This document shows, piece by piece, positions 1-11,752 of a stretch of DNA of 64,000 bases. This stretch comes from Pavona decussata. Its lineage: Eukaryota. The notes beneath the pieces are model-generated. The model searched no databases. It was given only the letters and a program-made list of their open reading frames with translations, and was not told the DNA's origin. Both the position numbers and the translations under genes were made by a program. The stretch's first letter is position 1, and every line of letters begins with the position of its first letter. The stretch covers positions 2,914,001-2,978,000 of the forward strand of contig CDRNST010000027.1 in the NCBI GenBank assembly GCA_977016875.1, read 5' to 3'.

Positions 1-660
1 TACTGACACTGAACTACCGCTCGGTTATAGGACATTTGAGTACTCCTATGAATTGTCGAACTTAAGGCTCTCCGATTACTTTTTCGGAAGCTCAACGACA
101 GAGCTACATTTGATTAATTCTGATGGTATACTATAATCCTGGTGAATGAATGGTAATGATGTATTATTCAGTGAAAGACATCCACACTGCCCTTTACTCG
201 GAGACAGGATATCCGAGTCCTCCTATAAGGAATCAAACTGAAGCCCTTCCGATTACTGGCATTGAGCTACACTCGGAAATATGTTACTCCTATAAAGAGT
301 CGAATTCGACTTGTTCGGAAGCTCAACGACAGAGCTACATATGATTAAATCTGATGGTATACTATAAGACTTGTGAGAAAATGAAAACGATGTATTATTC
401 AGTGAGAGACACTGAGGCATACTCTGAAAAATGAAATCGGAGTCGATTTCTACGTTCATATTTTCTACCACTGAGCTTTACAGGAGACGCACAATAGCTA
501 AGGCTATTAAACTACTGAAGTTTATTGGACAAACATCCCGTATACTGCCTTGGATTTGAATGTTAATTTGTGGCATATCCGTAATGGAATAAATATGATG
601 GTCTACTTTAAGGCTTTTGAATGAATGAGAATGATGTATTAATCTGTGAGTGACTCATTT
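1..660 (-). mobile_element. Cluster of decayed tRNA-related SINE-like fragments with a ~231-bp tandem duplication
   Basis: The block ttcggaagctcaacgacagagctacat...ctgatggtatactataa occurs at 83 and 314. The motif gatgtatta(t)tcagtga-gaca(c) recurs at ~158, ~389 and ~633, and in better-preserved copies at 13712 and 21222. Confidence 0.6.
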
Positions 661-1744
661 TGTCCGGATTCTAGCTTGGGACACAAGTATGGAAAGCTGT
701 ACTTTCGTTAGTCGATTACTTTGTAATTCTTGCATTTCTTCACAGTGTCACTTAGTACCCGAAATATTAAGGCAGCAGCATGTCTTTTTATGGAAGGAAA
801 CGCTAAACTGTGATAGGGAGGTTGGACAATAGTTGCCAATCACGTGAGCTCAAACTGGGGGGATATATTCTTACAATTTCTTCACCCATCTGAGTTAACA
901 AGCCCGGAGCTGATTAAATGGCACGTTTCCTGCTGTTTTTTTTCTTCTGTACGTCATTTATTTGCTGTTGTAAGTCTTAAGTGTTAACGATCAAGTATGC
1001 ACTCGTTCGTAATTTACTGACGGAAGTCTGATTGTTTTGTAGGTTTGTAGAGTATCACGTTTCCTTTACAGTAACACTGAGTGAGATGCCTCTATCCATC
1101 ATTAGTAGACATATCTCCTGAGATAACAAACAAGATTTGCAAGGTATGTTGCTATGGTTTGCTGTCATCTTCCGGCCGTTGAGTCGACCATGGATCTGCG
1201 CTATGTACCCTGGACTTTCTGAGCGGCACATTTTCTTAGCTTGTTGAACTTGATATTCAACCAAATAGTTTTCTTGTAGTTCTTGAGTTGGTAGTTCCTA
1301 TTCTGAAGTGTGTTTAATGAATACAAGCCTATCAGTCTTAGTCGTAGTATCAAAATCTCTTAACGTATTAACAGTATATCCCCACTTAATTCTTCCATAA
1401 CCGCCCTATTTAATGGGAAATTTATTGGGAAAATATAGACTATTCTCCTCCTCTTCAGGGAAGACTACTCCAGATAGGTATGACTACCTCAACTATCCGC
1501 GGAGTTACTATCATAGAAATCCGAGGGAAAGCTGACGAAGGATGGATGAGTGTTTTCTTCTGATCAGTGTGAACTATCATGAAGGAGTCACTGTTAGTAA
1601 GCAGTTATCGCCATCGGCTCTCTTGAAGGTTAGTTGGGGTTAAGTGTACTTCCTCACTTATTTAACTATAAGGTATGCACAGCTCAAAAGAGTGTGACTC
1701 TTGTTTCGTTGGATTTTGAGAAGAGTATTATAGCAAGTTTAGAT

Positions 1745-2396
1745 ACCGTTTTTTCTCGATTAAACGCCCCGAGGTTTATTACAAAATCAGCAGTTTTGGT
1801 CCTGCCTTTGAAAACAGGCATTCCTGAATCGAGGTCCGGCGTTTATTGATAAAGTGCAGTCTTCTGACGTTTTTTCAGGCTAATTTCTTATTACCCTCCT
1901 CGGAGACCGAGCGGCAGGTAGCCAAGAGGTAGGACGATTTTTCCCTTCGTCCCGCCTTGACAAACTTCCCGTTGGTCTCCGAGGATGATTATTACCCAAA
2001 CTTACAGCATTACATACGGCGAGTGTATGTTGCAATCAAGATTTGTAACAAACAGAAAATAAACAAGAAGGATCTTCAAGGCACAGCTGTGTTGAAAGAA
2101 CATCGGCCTGGGAAAGCTTCCCAAAGGACGCATAACACAAGAAGGAGCGTTTTTCATGCGATCAGCAATACCACGTGAACGAAGATTGCTATGTTTTATT
2201 TTTGTACAACATCCATCCTAGCTATGCCAATGCAGCATAACGTACTGGTATGCTGTAGCAGTGCTATTCAAGAGAATATACTGGACCGCAAATAAACAAC
2301 GGGACCTCGATCAAACGCTCCCGGCGTTTATTTAAAAACTATCAGTTTTGACCCGACGTTTATACGAGGCCGGCGTTCTGAATCGAGAAAATACGC
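1745..2396. mobile_element. Non-autonomous TIR element (Tc1/pogo-like MITE) with a small nested MITE at ~1895-1988
   Basis: Inverted termini taccgttttttctcgatt and aatcgagaaaatacg. Nested inverted ends cctcggagacc and ggtctccgagg. Confidence 0.55.
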
Positions 2397-5300
2397 GCGT
2401 AATTTTAGTGTTAAAAGAGGTTTTTTTTCCAGTGAGCGAGTATTGGAGAAGGGTAGAGATTTGTGCCGTTTTTCGTCTCAATTGGGAGAGGGTCTGGAAA
2501 ATGGTCTAAAACAGTTTCATGGTTTGGCAGAACATGTTTGTAAGAAATAAGATCTCATGTTATAAGCCTGGTGAATAAATGATGTATTAATTTTTCAGTC
2601 AGTGACACAGGCATACTATCAGTCTAATAAAACTCTTGATCGTCTTATACTCGTATGCTGTATAGCAATAAAGTTAAACGTTAATGGATGCATTAATTAT
2701 CAATTAACAATAATCAGACTTACAAATCAATTCCGATTCTACTTCTTACCTTTTAGGGTGTTTTCTGTGGTTGAAGTCTCACGAAGTTTTTGAAGCTGGA
2801 GTTTATCCGAGTGAAAACGGAACAGCAAGAATCTTCAGCCAGCCTTCACTCTACATCATTGGTTAAGAATCAACACCGAATGTCTTTAAATCTCAAGACG
2901 AAAATGGCGTAGCCTGAACATTGATATTCCATAATCAGATTATTTCCCATCACTGCGAAATAACATTGCGTGAAGACCACCGAGTGGTGATTACGACTGC
3001 TACGATTACTTTGGCCGTGAGGCGTTTGGCTACAACGACAGTGAGCAAACATCGATAAAGGGACTTTTTTTCCTCTTTGAAAATGAAACAACTTTAGTTA
3101 CTTTGCTATACAGTAGATCTATAGGTGAAACTTTTGGTTACCTGACAACAGTTTGTGCCTCGATCATTCGTTGGCACCCTGAATTCGCGTAAATATTTCA
3201 TGAATTTAAAAAGAAAGGCCTTTTTATTAGGCTGAGTTAGCGTAATTTCCTGGACCCTATTTTCCTGTATCTCACTGAACCATTGTAGGATTTAACGTAC
3301 ATCCATGTTTTACAATGATCTCGCCTATCGATAAGCGTTTTCACCACTAGATTTAGTTCGTCTTAGGCTACCAATTTTTCGACTGAATTCAAAACATAAA
3401 ATGAAGGGCAAGAAAATATTTACAGAAATCCTCATTATTTAAGTTCAAACACTAAATTTTAAAGGGATTAAAATGAAATAAACATTAAACTAACACTAAA
3501 AATGAAAAGTATGATAAAAATAATAATTTAAAACTAATTTTAAAAGTCTAATTTCAAAATTAAAATGTCCATTTATCCTGCCGAGCCCGGCACACCTTTG
3601 TATATTAATGGTTCTTTTAAGTATGGGGTCTTAAAGTTTAATGTGGATTCCTGTAAAAATTGGTTGTCCTGTGTCTTGCTGATTTAGCTGACTTGTTAAA
3701 TACTGTACCAGTTAAAAAGGTTTACTGCGTTGGCCTATTTCCGAAGAAATCAGTCAGCCTTTGAACTCGTTGATTGATATGGTGACACTTCAAAAAGTTT
3801 CGGTTGTTGTTGCTAACGAGAAATTATATGTACGTAGAGCTATACAACTAAAATAGAATAATGTACTTGTTAACTTTCGTGATATTATTCTGTGTAAGGT
3901 AGATGTGCAACATTTTTAATGAAGTGAATTTAAAATTAATAAAAATGTTTTCGACCACTGTAACTTGGGTAGCAGTCATTTCCGGGAGCACACATGCGAT
4001 CAGTCAATATCAAATAAAATGCAGCTATTTAGCAACACTAGCCTGCAGAACAGGCGTTATTTTTATTTTTTTTTTGCGTTTTTCAAGCGAACGGCAAGCT
4101 TGCCTCTAATCGCTTGAATAATGCAAAACAAAAAAAACATTAGGATAAAATAACCCTTGTTCTACAGACCATAGCTTGCCAGTGGAACCTATTTTCCTGT
4201 GGCAATATTTTGGGCAATAATTCTTCTTGTGCCCGTTTTGATCTTAAATAGTCCATACTCCCTGGCTTCTGATCGCTTTCCTTTGCTCTCTGGAATGACT
4301 GTAACGCAGGTTACACCAGCCTCGTCTTATGTTGTTCTGCTATTTAGTATATTTAAAAATAACGACATTCGAAGCCCGGTAGAGATGTTCAATTCTGATG
4401 TTGGACAAATTGTAAAGATTGGATGCAACGAGAGCAGAAATGAAAAGGGGTTGTGTTTGATCTAAGCCCTCGTCCAAGCTAAATGATATGCGTCCGAGTC
4501 AATAACAACTTAGTGGACGTCCAACACCAAATTCTTATACGCTCCCATTCGAGCAATCTGTTGATCTATCTGAAACGGGTTATGTCGCCGGGGATTTTCA
4601 AGTGTTTTTCAGCGGAAACCTGATACCTCTTCTCATTTGCGAAATGCTTGTAGAACACAAATGGAAACATACCAAGTGATTTTCTCAAAGGGAGGACAAA
4701 CCATTATCCGCTATTTATCAACTTTTCAAAACACAGGGGTAGGATTAAAAAATTGGCCTTTTCGTTTAACTTGCAATCTCACCATCCGTGGCTAAATTAA
4801 ATTAAAAGACACTTAAATATACGTTTTAATACACTGGTATGATTACTTTTAACAACCCCCCCCCCCCCTCCAAAAAAAAAAAAAAATGACAATTATTTTG
4901 AGGTTTCCATTGGTGTAAGAGTTTATTCGTTACAAATCTCACAAAACTAAAATTGAAAACGACGCTTAGGTTGCATCCGGAGTCCCATCAGAAACCTCTG
5001 CAATCATTAAAACGATAGAGCCGCGTTTTTTCGCCTCAAATTGTTTCTGCTTTTTCAGAGCTGGAAAAAAAAGTAAATGTGGTCAAAGTCTCAACGCCAA
5101 ATACAGTGTTCCGACGAACCAAGTTTAACTCATCTCACAACTGACTTGCTGGACTGGCAAACTGATAAACGGTATGAAAAATTGCGGAAGCCTGAATGGT
5201 TCAACAAGCCCTTCAATCTCCTTTGAAACTTCAACACCATTTGGAGAAATGTGCCATTTTGCCAATATAATATATTTTGCTCTCTCCTAGAAGGGATCTA

Positions 5301-5655
5301 TTGTTCTGATTGTCTTCAACAAAAACGGCCCAATCAAAATCCATTATCGGCGCGTATAATAATTATCACGAGGGAGGGGACCCACTCATCCCTACCTGTG
5401 TGACGTTAAAGCAAATCATCATTTGAAAGGTTTTTTTTTCAATGGCGGCCACATGTATGAATTTAAGACCCTTATCTGCCGTTTTCAGAAAATGCCCTTA
5501 GGGGCATCTTATTTAGCATAGAACAGAGCGAGGCGTTTCCCTGTTTGTTCAAAGAGTTGGTAAACCGTATTACATGTAGCTTTCTCTAAGCGTGGTTTAG
5601 ACACCCATTCAAATCCATGGATGGCACCTCACGGGAGAAGAATCAGTCTTACTGA

Positions 5656-5944
5656 TGTTGCGAATGCCTTAAGTCAGTATCAGCCAGTGTTCGCAAACTT
5701 CACGATTTAATACCCTTGAATTATTACAGCACAATTTTTCTCTCTAGTAGCTAGTCTCAAATCTCAAGTCTCTTGTAAAATTACATTGTTTATCTGATCC
5801 TTTTGTACGTACTCACGCGCGACACACCCCTAGCGATAATTGATATGATACAAGTAACTCGATTCTATTGTCTTATCAAAATACCGGAAACGGAAGTCAC
5901 ATAACACAATCGCTGTCACACAATATAGCTGAAATATCGCAACA
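5656..5944 (-). repeat. 3' LTR (289 bp)
   Basis: Base-for-base identical to 11366-11654 by visual comparison; TG...CA termini. Confidence 0.97.
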
Positions 5945-5957
5945 CACTCCCCTATTT
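5945..5957 (-). other. Polypurine tract
   Basis: Minus-strand AAATAGGGGAGTG directly abuts the 3' LTR. Confidence 0.85.
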
Positions 5958-6107
5958 GTTTCCGTCACGGAAGCAAATACAGTTCGAGTAAAGTTCCTAA
6001 TTTCTTTCGTTAATACCTTATATTCTGAAATCAATGTTCAAATCATAAAATCAATGTTCCTCTCTTTAACGGTCTAAACAAAACAGTATTCGTGTAAACA
6101 AAGTTTC

Positions 6108-7145
6108 TTAGTCGTCTTGGTCACGTTCAGCAATCTCTTGGACTCGTAGTCTAGCTGCAACTGCAGCATCTCGCCTTGGTCTGAACACGGTCGCTTCAGC
6201 ATTCAAAGGAGGTCTCTCTGCTTCTTGAGACCTGTCAAAGGACAGCTCTAGCGGGTACAACTGCTGTACAGCTCGCTCCAGATGGTTCCTCCCCGCGCGC
6301 AGCTTCACAGCTCTTACGACGCCATCACGGCCTGTTATGAGCTCCTCCACAATTCCAAGTTTCCACTTATTTCTATCCTTGTTTTCATCTTTGATGATGC
6401 ACACATCTCCTTTCTTAACTCCACAAGAGACGTCTTTATGCTTTAGGGCGTGACGTTCTCGCAGCCCACGAAGATACTCTCTTGTCCACCTGTTCCACAT
6501 CGCGTCTTTGCACTTCCTCAGGTATTTCGCTCGCTGTCTGAGTTGCTGGTCTTCTTCGTGGTATGGCTCCCTTTCAGGTAGAATATTTGGCTGGGTGTAA
6601 AGCATTGAGTTTGGTGTTAAGACTGGCAACTGCGCGTCTTCTTCGACGTAGGACAGTGGACGACCGTTCAACGCTATCTCCACATCCAGTAGGACTTCTT
6701 TCAATTCGTTAAAGGTTAGGTAGGCGTTTCCGATAGTTTTCCTCATAGCTACCTTGACCAGCCCCACCATGCGCTCAAACTGGCCTCCCCACCAGGGAGC
6801 TCGGCTTAAATTGAACTTCCATGCGATCTGGTGTCGTGCTAGGTAATCGTTAAGCCTCTCGTCGTTCGTCACTTGTTTCATCCATGCTGCTGCTCCAATG
6901 AAAGTACTGCCGTTGTCTGAGTAGATCGTACTTGGCCTCCCGCGCCTTGCTATTAATCCCTTTAAGCTTAGCAGGAACTCGTTGGTCTCCATGCTCCTTG
7001 CAAGGTCTAGATATAGTGCTCTGGTCAAACTGCAGGCGTACAGGATAAGGTAGGCCTTCCCTTCGCGCTTGTCTGTGGCTTTAAACTTGATTGGCCCAGC
7101 ATAGTCAACCCCCACAACTTGAAAGGGAGATGATCCTTCGGTTCG
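6108..7145 (-). pseudogene. pol fragment 3: integrase core and C-terminal domain
   Basis: RTEGSSPFQVVGVDYAGP, IYSDNG and APWWGGQFERMV (DDE), then WKLGIVEELITGRDGVVR. Out of frame with the upstream fragment at 7145/7146. Confidence 0.92.
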
Positions 7146-8530
7146 AGTCCAGGGGGTGGTACTGCAAGGGCTGTTGCCTGGAAACGTTTACATCCTGGGC
7201 ATCCTTTCACGATGCGCTTCACTAGTCGCCTTTGGCGCGGGACCCAGTGCTCTTCTCGTACCTTAGCCATTGTCAACTGCGTCCCGCCGTGTAGAGTAGA
7301 TTCATGAGCTTCTTCTACAAATTTCTCGGTGTAGACTGCTGTATCTGGGAGATACACGGGATAGACGCCTTGTATCCTTCCTCGACATTCAAGGAGATTC
7401 TCGTCGTTTAGCTGCAGGTTGAGCTGCAGGCGATCTCTTTCGTAGTTCTCCGATTTCGCGCCTTCCAGCTGTGCTCTCTTCTCCCAGAATCTTCTTTGAT
7501 TGTTCAGTTCTTCAGTGGTCAGTGGTCCCGCTTTCCTCTCACGGGGTGGACTCCTTGAGTTACGGACAAATCTCGCGACCCATCCGCTGATACGCAGCAC
7601 GCGCCAGAACCCATACTTGTGTAGCACTGCATCAAGTTTATCTGCCTCATGGTCGGTAGCGAGCTTGAGTATCTCTCGTACCGTCTTTGCTTCTGCTAGA
7701 GTTTCGGCTGTCGCGGTTGTGGTTACATCAACTGGCCAAGCACTTGGGTCTGACAGCCATTTCGGACCATGCCACCAGAGGTCGTTGTCTTGTGCTACAT
7801 GGCCTCCACGACTCCCTAGGTCAGCTGGATTCTCTTTAGTGGGCACGTATCGCCACGTGATCCAATTCTTCTCTTGAATCTTTTGCACCCGGTTGTGCAC
7901 AAATTGCTTGTATTCGCCTTCTCCTCTAATCCAGTGGAGCGCAACTGTACTGTCCGACCAACAGTAAACTTCTTCAACTGGGTAACCTTCCAGAGTTTCT
8001 CTTACGTTAGTGGCCAGATTTGCTGCCATGTGGCCGGCGACCAACTCCAGGCGCGGTATGGTAAGGCCCTGTTTGGCCAAACGAGCTTTAGCAGCGACAA
8101 TGCCTTGTGTGATGCCAGAGGGTTGAGATACGACAGTAAACGCTCCTGCTGCTACGCCCTGTCCACTTGCATCTCCAAAGACATGTATAGATATGCTGTT
8201 GATTGGTTCCTGGTACTTGACCAGCGCCCTCTCGAATGTGACTCTCTCTGGTAATCTCGATTCCCATTTGGCCCACTTCTCAGCAAGGTCAGGAGGCAGC
8301 TTCTCGTCCCACCCGACCTTAAGGTTGCAGGCGTCTCGGTAAAGTAACTTTCCACATAGCGTGAGGGGGGACGCTACTCCGAGTGGATCGTAAATCCTGG
8401 CTACCTTGGCTAGAATTCCTCTCTTAGTGTTGTCGGCTTTCTCACCAGGCACAGCGACACTTAACACATCTCTTCGTTTGTCCCACTTCAGCCCGAGTAT
8501 CGCTCCACCTCCTCCTTCTGGTGTCCCCAG
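7146..8530 (-). pseudogene. pol fragment 2: RT C-terminus, RNase H and integrase HHCC zinc finger
   Basis: ILGLKWD, TKRGILAKVARIYDPLG, HVFGDASG, TIPRLEL, WSDS, NPADLGSRG, HESTLHGG...CPGC. Confidence 0.92.
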
Positions 8531-11334
8531 CTCTGCTGTTGCTTAGCAAACGTTTGTTCTCCGGCATTCTGTTCCGTTTCAGCGGATTCTAGCTCAGGCA
8601 CGTTAGAATGCCACTTGTGCAGTTCAAACGCAGCGTCAGCGAAAATCTCTGTGGCTGCCGTCTTGCTTTCTCTGGCCTTGGCAATTGAGGTTCCCCCACT
8701 GATTAGGTCATCGACGTATAGGTTCTTCTTTATTTCACTCACGATATCAGGACGCCTCTCGCTCCATGTGTCCAAGTGTTGGTCAATTACTCCCGCTAAC
8801 AGGAAGGGTGAAGGGGCCAATCCGAACAGCGCTCTTGTAAAACGCAGTGTCTCGACTTCTTTCTTCTCTATGTCCTTCAACCAGTGAAACCTGAGCGCAT
8901 CTCTTTCTTCAGATTTGATTCGAACTTGCAAGAAGGCCTTCTTGATGTCTCCAGTAACAGCAACTGGGTTGAATCGTCCACGAACTAACACGCTCCAAAG
9001 TTTGTTCTGCAGTGGTGGACCGGTGTTTAGGCATTCATTAAGTGATGGCGCGCCGTTCCAGGCCCGTGCGGAGGCATCGTATACAATTCTCAGCTTCGTG
9101 CTTTCTGCTGTCTCACGCACGACGCCCTTGTGCGGAATATAGAACTCTCTTCCTTCAACAGTGTTTGGGGCGCGCTCAACTATCCCTAGTGCTAACTGCT
9201 CCTGGATCACTGCGTTGTAATCGTTGAGGGTGTTGGTCTTTTCCAGTTTCCGTACAAGGCTAGCCAGTCTGCGTAGGCTCCCGTCTTTGTTAGTTGGCAA
9301 GGGAGGGTGGTCTCCTTTCCATGGGAGGCCGGTTTCGTACCACCCTTCTTCACTCCTTCGCAGCTGCTCCTTGAATTCATCATAAACCACGCTCTGATCC
9401 CCTGAAGGTGAGTCTGCCAACCCGAGAACATCCAATTTGCAGAGATCTTCATAGTCGACTCTTGACGTTTGTGTGAGGAGCATACTGGTAGTGTCGACTT
9501 CTTTGCCTGGCGAGGTGATGGTCCACCCCAACTTAGTGTAATTCGCTACGGGATCCCATTCTCCTCCTACTCGCTGAGGTTCGGTAGTACTGATTCTGGG
9601 GCACTCACTGTTCCCTAGGATGAGGTGCACGGGTAGGCGGGGTCTCTCATCGTTGTCATCCATTGACACGCCCTTTAGGTGAGGGTGTTTCTCTACGAGC
9701 TTCTTGTACCGAGGGTTGTCTATCAGCCTGAGGTGAGGTTTCTCTACTTTAGTGACTTCTGCTTCTATCTCAAAGTTTCCCTTCACTGAGTTTAGTTTGA
9801 TGCGAAAGACTTCCATCACTCGACTGGTCGCGCCCAGCATCATCTCAATCTTGCGCAGCCCAGAATGATGCGGTTTCGCTCTAATTCTATCGAGAAGTGC
9901 AGCTGAAGCGTAAGAACTTCCTGCTCCTGAATCTAAAAGTGCACGACATTTAATTCCTGCGACTTCCACAACAACCACTGGGTACACAACAGGACCATCG
10001 CCGATTTGCGTAGCTGTCATGGAGTTATCGGTGTTTCCTCTGTCACAGATGGAGGTGTGGTGTCTTCTTTTGCAAAATAAACACGTTTTCTTGCTTCTGC
10101 ATTCCGACGCCCTGTGATCATCACCAGCACAGTTAAAGCAGAGGCGCTTTCTCAGAAAGAACTTTCTTCTCTCGTTTGGATCAGGAACTTTGGTACATTC
10201 GTGTGGCTTGTGATCAGTGCTGTCGCAATAAACACATCCACTGGCACGAGGAGGGCGCGCGTCATCTAATTGGGTGTTGAAAGCATTGGAGTCACGCCAG
10301 GGCTTGTCACTTGATCTCATTGTACACACAGGATTTCGTTCTGTCCATCCTTGCAAAGCGTAAACAAACTTCGGGAAATCCCACTCTTGCCAGTTTTCGT
10401 CCATTCGGACCAAATCGCCTCGAATCCCTGGTAGTTTGTCGATTGACATGCGAACATAACCATTAACTTCTCTTAGTTTGCCCAGCGTCTCGAGAGCTTG
10501 AACATTGAAGGAGAGCGCTTCATAAAATTGATTGATTTTCGCTGGGTTTGCGCCGCTGATTACTGGTAACCCCATTATGTTCTGGACGTATCCATTTACT
10601 ATCTCTGACATTTTCCCATACTTGTCCTTAAGAATGTTCTTGGCCCGTTCATACCCCTCGCTTGAGAATGGGAGGCCATCTATCCCCGCTCTTACTTTAG
10701 GCTCTAGCAGATCCTTAAGATAAGCGAATTTCGTCACCGCCGCCATGTTGCTGCATTTATCGATTTCTGCTTCGTAAAAGTTCCAAAAACGGAGCCAATC
10801 TGTATGAGTACCGTTGAACTTAGTGTTAGTTAGCTTAGGTAATTTCGTGCGCACTCCCTCGCTGGGGGCGGGGCTGGCTTTAGCTTCGCTCTTTGTTGTG
10901 TAATTCTTCTTTGCTTCTTCAATTTTCTGTTCAAACTCCAGTTTTTGTTCTAGTTGCGCGCGTTCAAATCGCAGCTGCTCTTCGCGATCCCTCGCCTTAA
11001 TCTCCTTCTCGCTCTCTTGTGTTTTAGTGTCTTGTTCTAATTTTAAGCTAGACAAGCGCTCATTAATATAAGTTACGCGAGTGTCTACTTCGCCGATTTG
11101 CTTCTCAATTTCGTCGCTCCAGTCTCCGATATTTTCTTCTGAATCACTAGATTTGAACATCTCTTCGACTACTTGTAGCTTTAAAGCGTCGATCTGGTCA
11201 GCGATAGAACTAAGCGCCTCCCGATGGCGTTTGATAGTTTGTACATTTCCCGTTCCAAGGACGCTCTCCGATTTACCCAATGTAAACAACAGAAGATTAC
11301 GTTTACCTTTTAAGTCTTCTTTCAGTTTCTCCAT
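8488..11334 (-). CDS. gag-protease-RT part of the BEL/Pao polyprotein, truncated by a frameshift at ~8531
   Basis: Likely ATG at 11334 (MEKLKED), just after the PBS. KLPKL...FNG gag region, three Cys/His knuckles (CVYC..H..C, CFNC..H..C, CLFC..HH..C), protease ALLDSGA, RT GDIKKAF...YVDD. Confidence 0.93.
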   Translation of the reverse strand: MEKLKEDLKGKRNLLLFTLGKSESVLGTGNVQTIKRHREALSSIADQIDALKLQVVEEMFKSSDSEENIGDWSDEIEKQIGEVDTRVTYINERLSSLKLEQDTKTQESEKEIKARDREEQLRFERAQLEQKLEFEQKIEEAKKNYTTKSEAKASPAPSEGVRTKLPKLTNTKFNGTHTDWLRFWNFYEAEIDKCSNMAAVTKFAYLKDLLEPKVRAGIDGLPFSSEGYERAKNILKDKYGKMSEIVNGYVQNIMGLPVISGANPAKINQFYEALSFNVQALETLGKLREVNGYVRMSIDKLPGIRGDLVRMDENWQEWDFPKFVYALQGWTERNPVCTMRSSDKPWRDSNAFNTQLDDARPPRASGCVYCDSTDHKPHECTKVPDPNERRKFFLRKRLCFNCAGDDHRASECRSKKTCLFCKRRHHTSICDRGNTDNSMTATQIGDGPVVYPVVVVEVAGIKCRALLDSGAGSSYASAALLDRIRAKPHHSGLRKIEMMLGATSRVMEVFRIKLNSVKGNFEIEAEVTKVEKPHLRLIDNPRYKKLVEKHPHLKGVSMDDNDERPRLPVHLILGNSECPRISTTEPQRVGGEWDPVANYTKLGWTITSPGKEVDTTSMLLTQTSRVDYEDLCKLDVLGLADSPSGDQSVVYDEFKEQLRRSEEGWYETGLPWKGDHPPLPTNKDGSLRRLASLVRKLEKTNTLNDYNAVIQEQLALGIVERAPNTVEGREFYIPHKGVVRETAESTKLRIVYDASARAWNGAPSLNECLNTGPPLQNKLWSVLVRGRFNPVAVTGDIKKAFLQVRIKSEERDALRFHWLKDIEKKEVETLRFTRALFGLAPSPFLLAGVIDQHLDTWSERRPDIVSEIKKNLYVDDLISGGTSIAKARESKTAATEIFADAAFELHKWHSNVPELESAETEQNAGEQTFAKQQQSWGHQKEEVERYSG

Positions 11335-11344
11335 TTCCAGACGA

Positions 11345-11362
11345 GTCCCGTCGGAGGTGCCA
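11345..11362 (-). other. Primer-binding site
   Basis: TGGCACCTCCGACGGGAC lies 3 nt from the 5' LTR and is complementary to a tRNA-like 3' end (...GAGTCCCGTCGGAGGTGCCA). The tRNA isotype was not determined. Confidence 0.85.
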
Positions 11363-11365
11363 CTG

Positions 11366-11654
11366 TGTTGCGAATGCCTTAAGTCAGTATCAGCCAGTGT
11401 TCGCAAACTTCACGATTTAATACCCTTGAATTATTACAGCACAATTTTTCTCTCTAGTAGCTAGTCTCAAATCTCAAGTCTCTTGTAAAATTACATTGTT
11501 TATCTGATCCTTTTGTACGTACTCACGCGCGACACACCCCTAGCGATAATTGATATGATACAAGTAACTCGATTCTATTGTCTTATCAAAATACCGGAAA
11601 CGGAAGTCACATAACACAATCGCTGTCACACAATATAGCTGAAATATCGCAACA
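11366..11654 (-). repeat. 5' LTR (289 bp)
   Basis: Identical to 5656-5944. Contains a minus-strand ATTAAA at 11416-11421. Confidence 0.97.
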
Positions 11655-11752
11655 CTGACGAAAGACTTAGAACAACATTTGGTGAAGACGAAACGTTGAT
11701 TTTCCGTTACTGCATGTTCTTTAGCTTAAGAAACTTTGTCACCTCTGATATA

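Larger units (their letters stand above)
5656..11654 (-). mobile_element. Full-length BEL/Pao LTR retrotransposon
   Basis: Two identical 289-bp LTRs with TGTTGCGA...TCGCAACA ends. CTGA is duplicated at 5652-5655 and 11655-11658. Domain order is gag, protease, RT, RNase H, integrase, with BEL/Pao-type motifs. Confidence 0.97.

Noticed and set aside
650-3110. Possible minus-strand gene running off the left edge (donor-like AAAG|gtaaga at ~2750)
   Set aside because: I could not assemble coding exons or recognise any protein.
11335-11406. N-terminal 24 codons of the 972-aa ORF
   Set aside because: They start at a non-ATG codon inside the LTR and cross the PBS. The real start is likely 11334.
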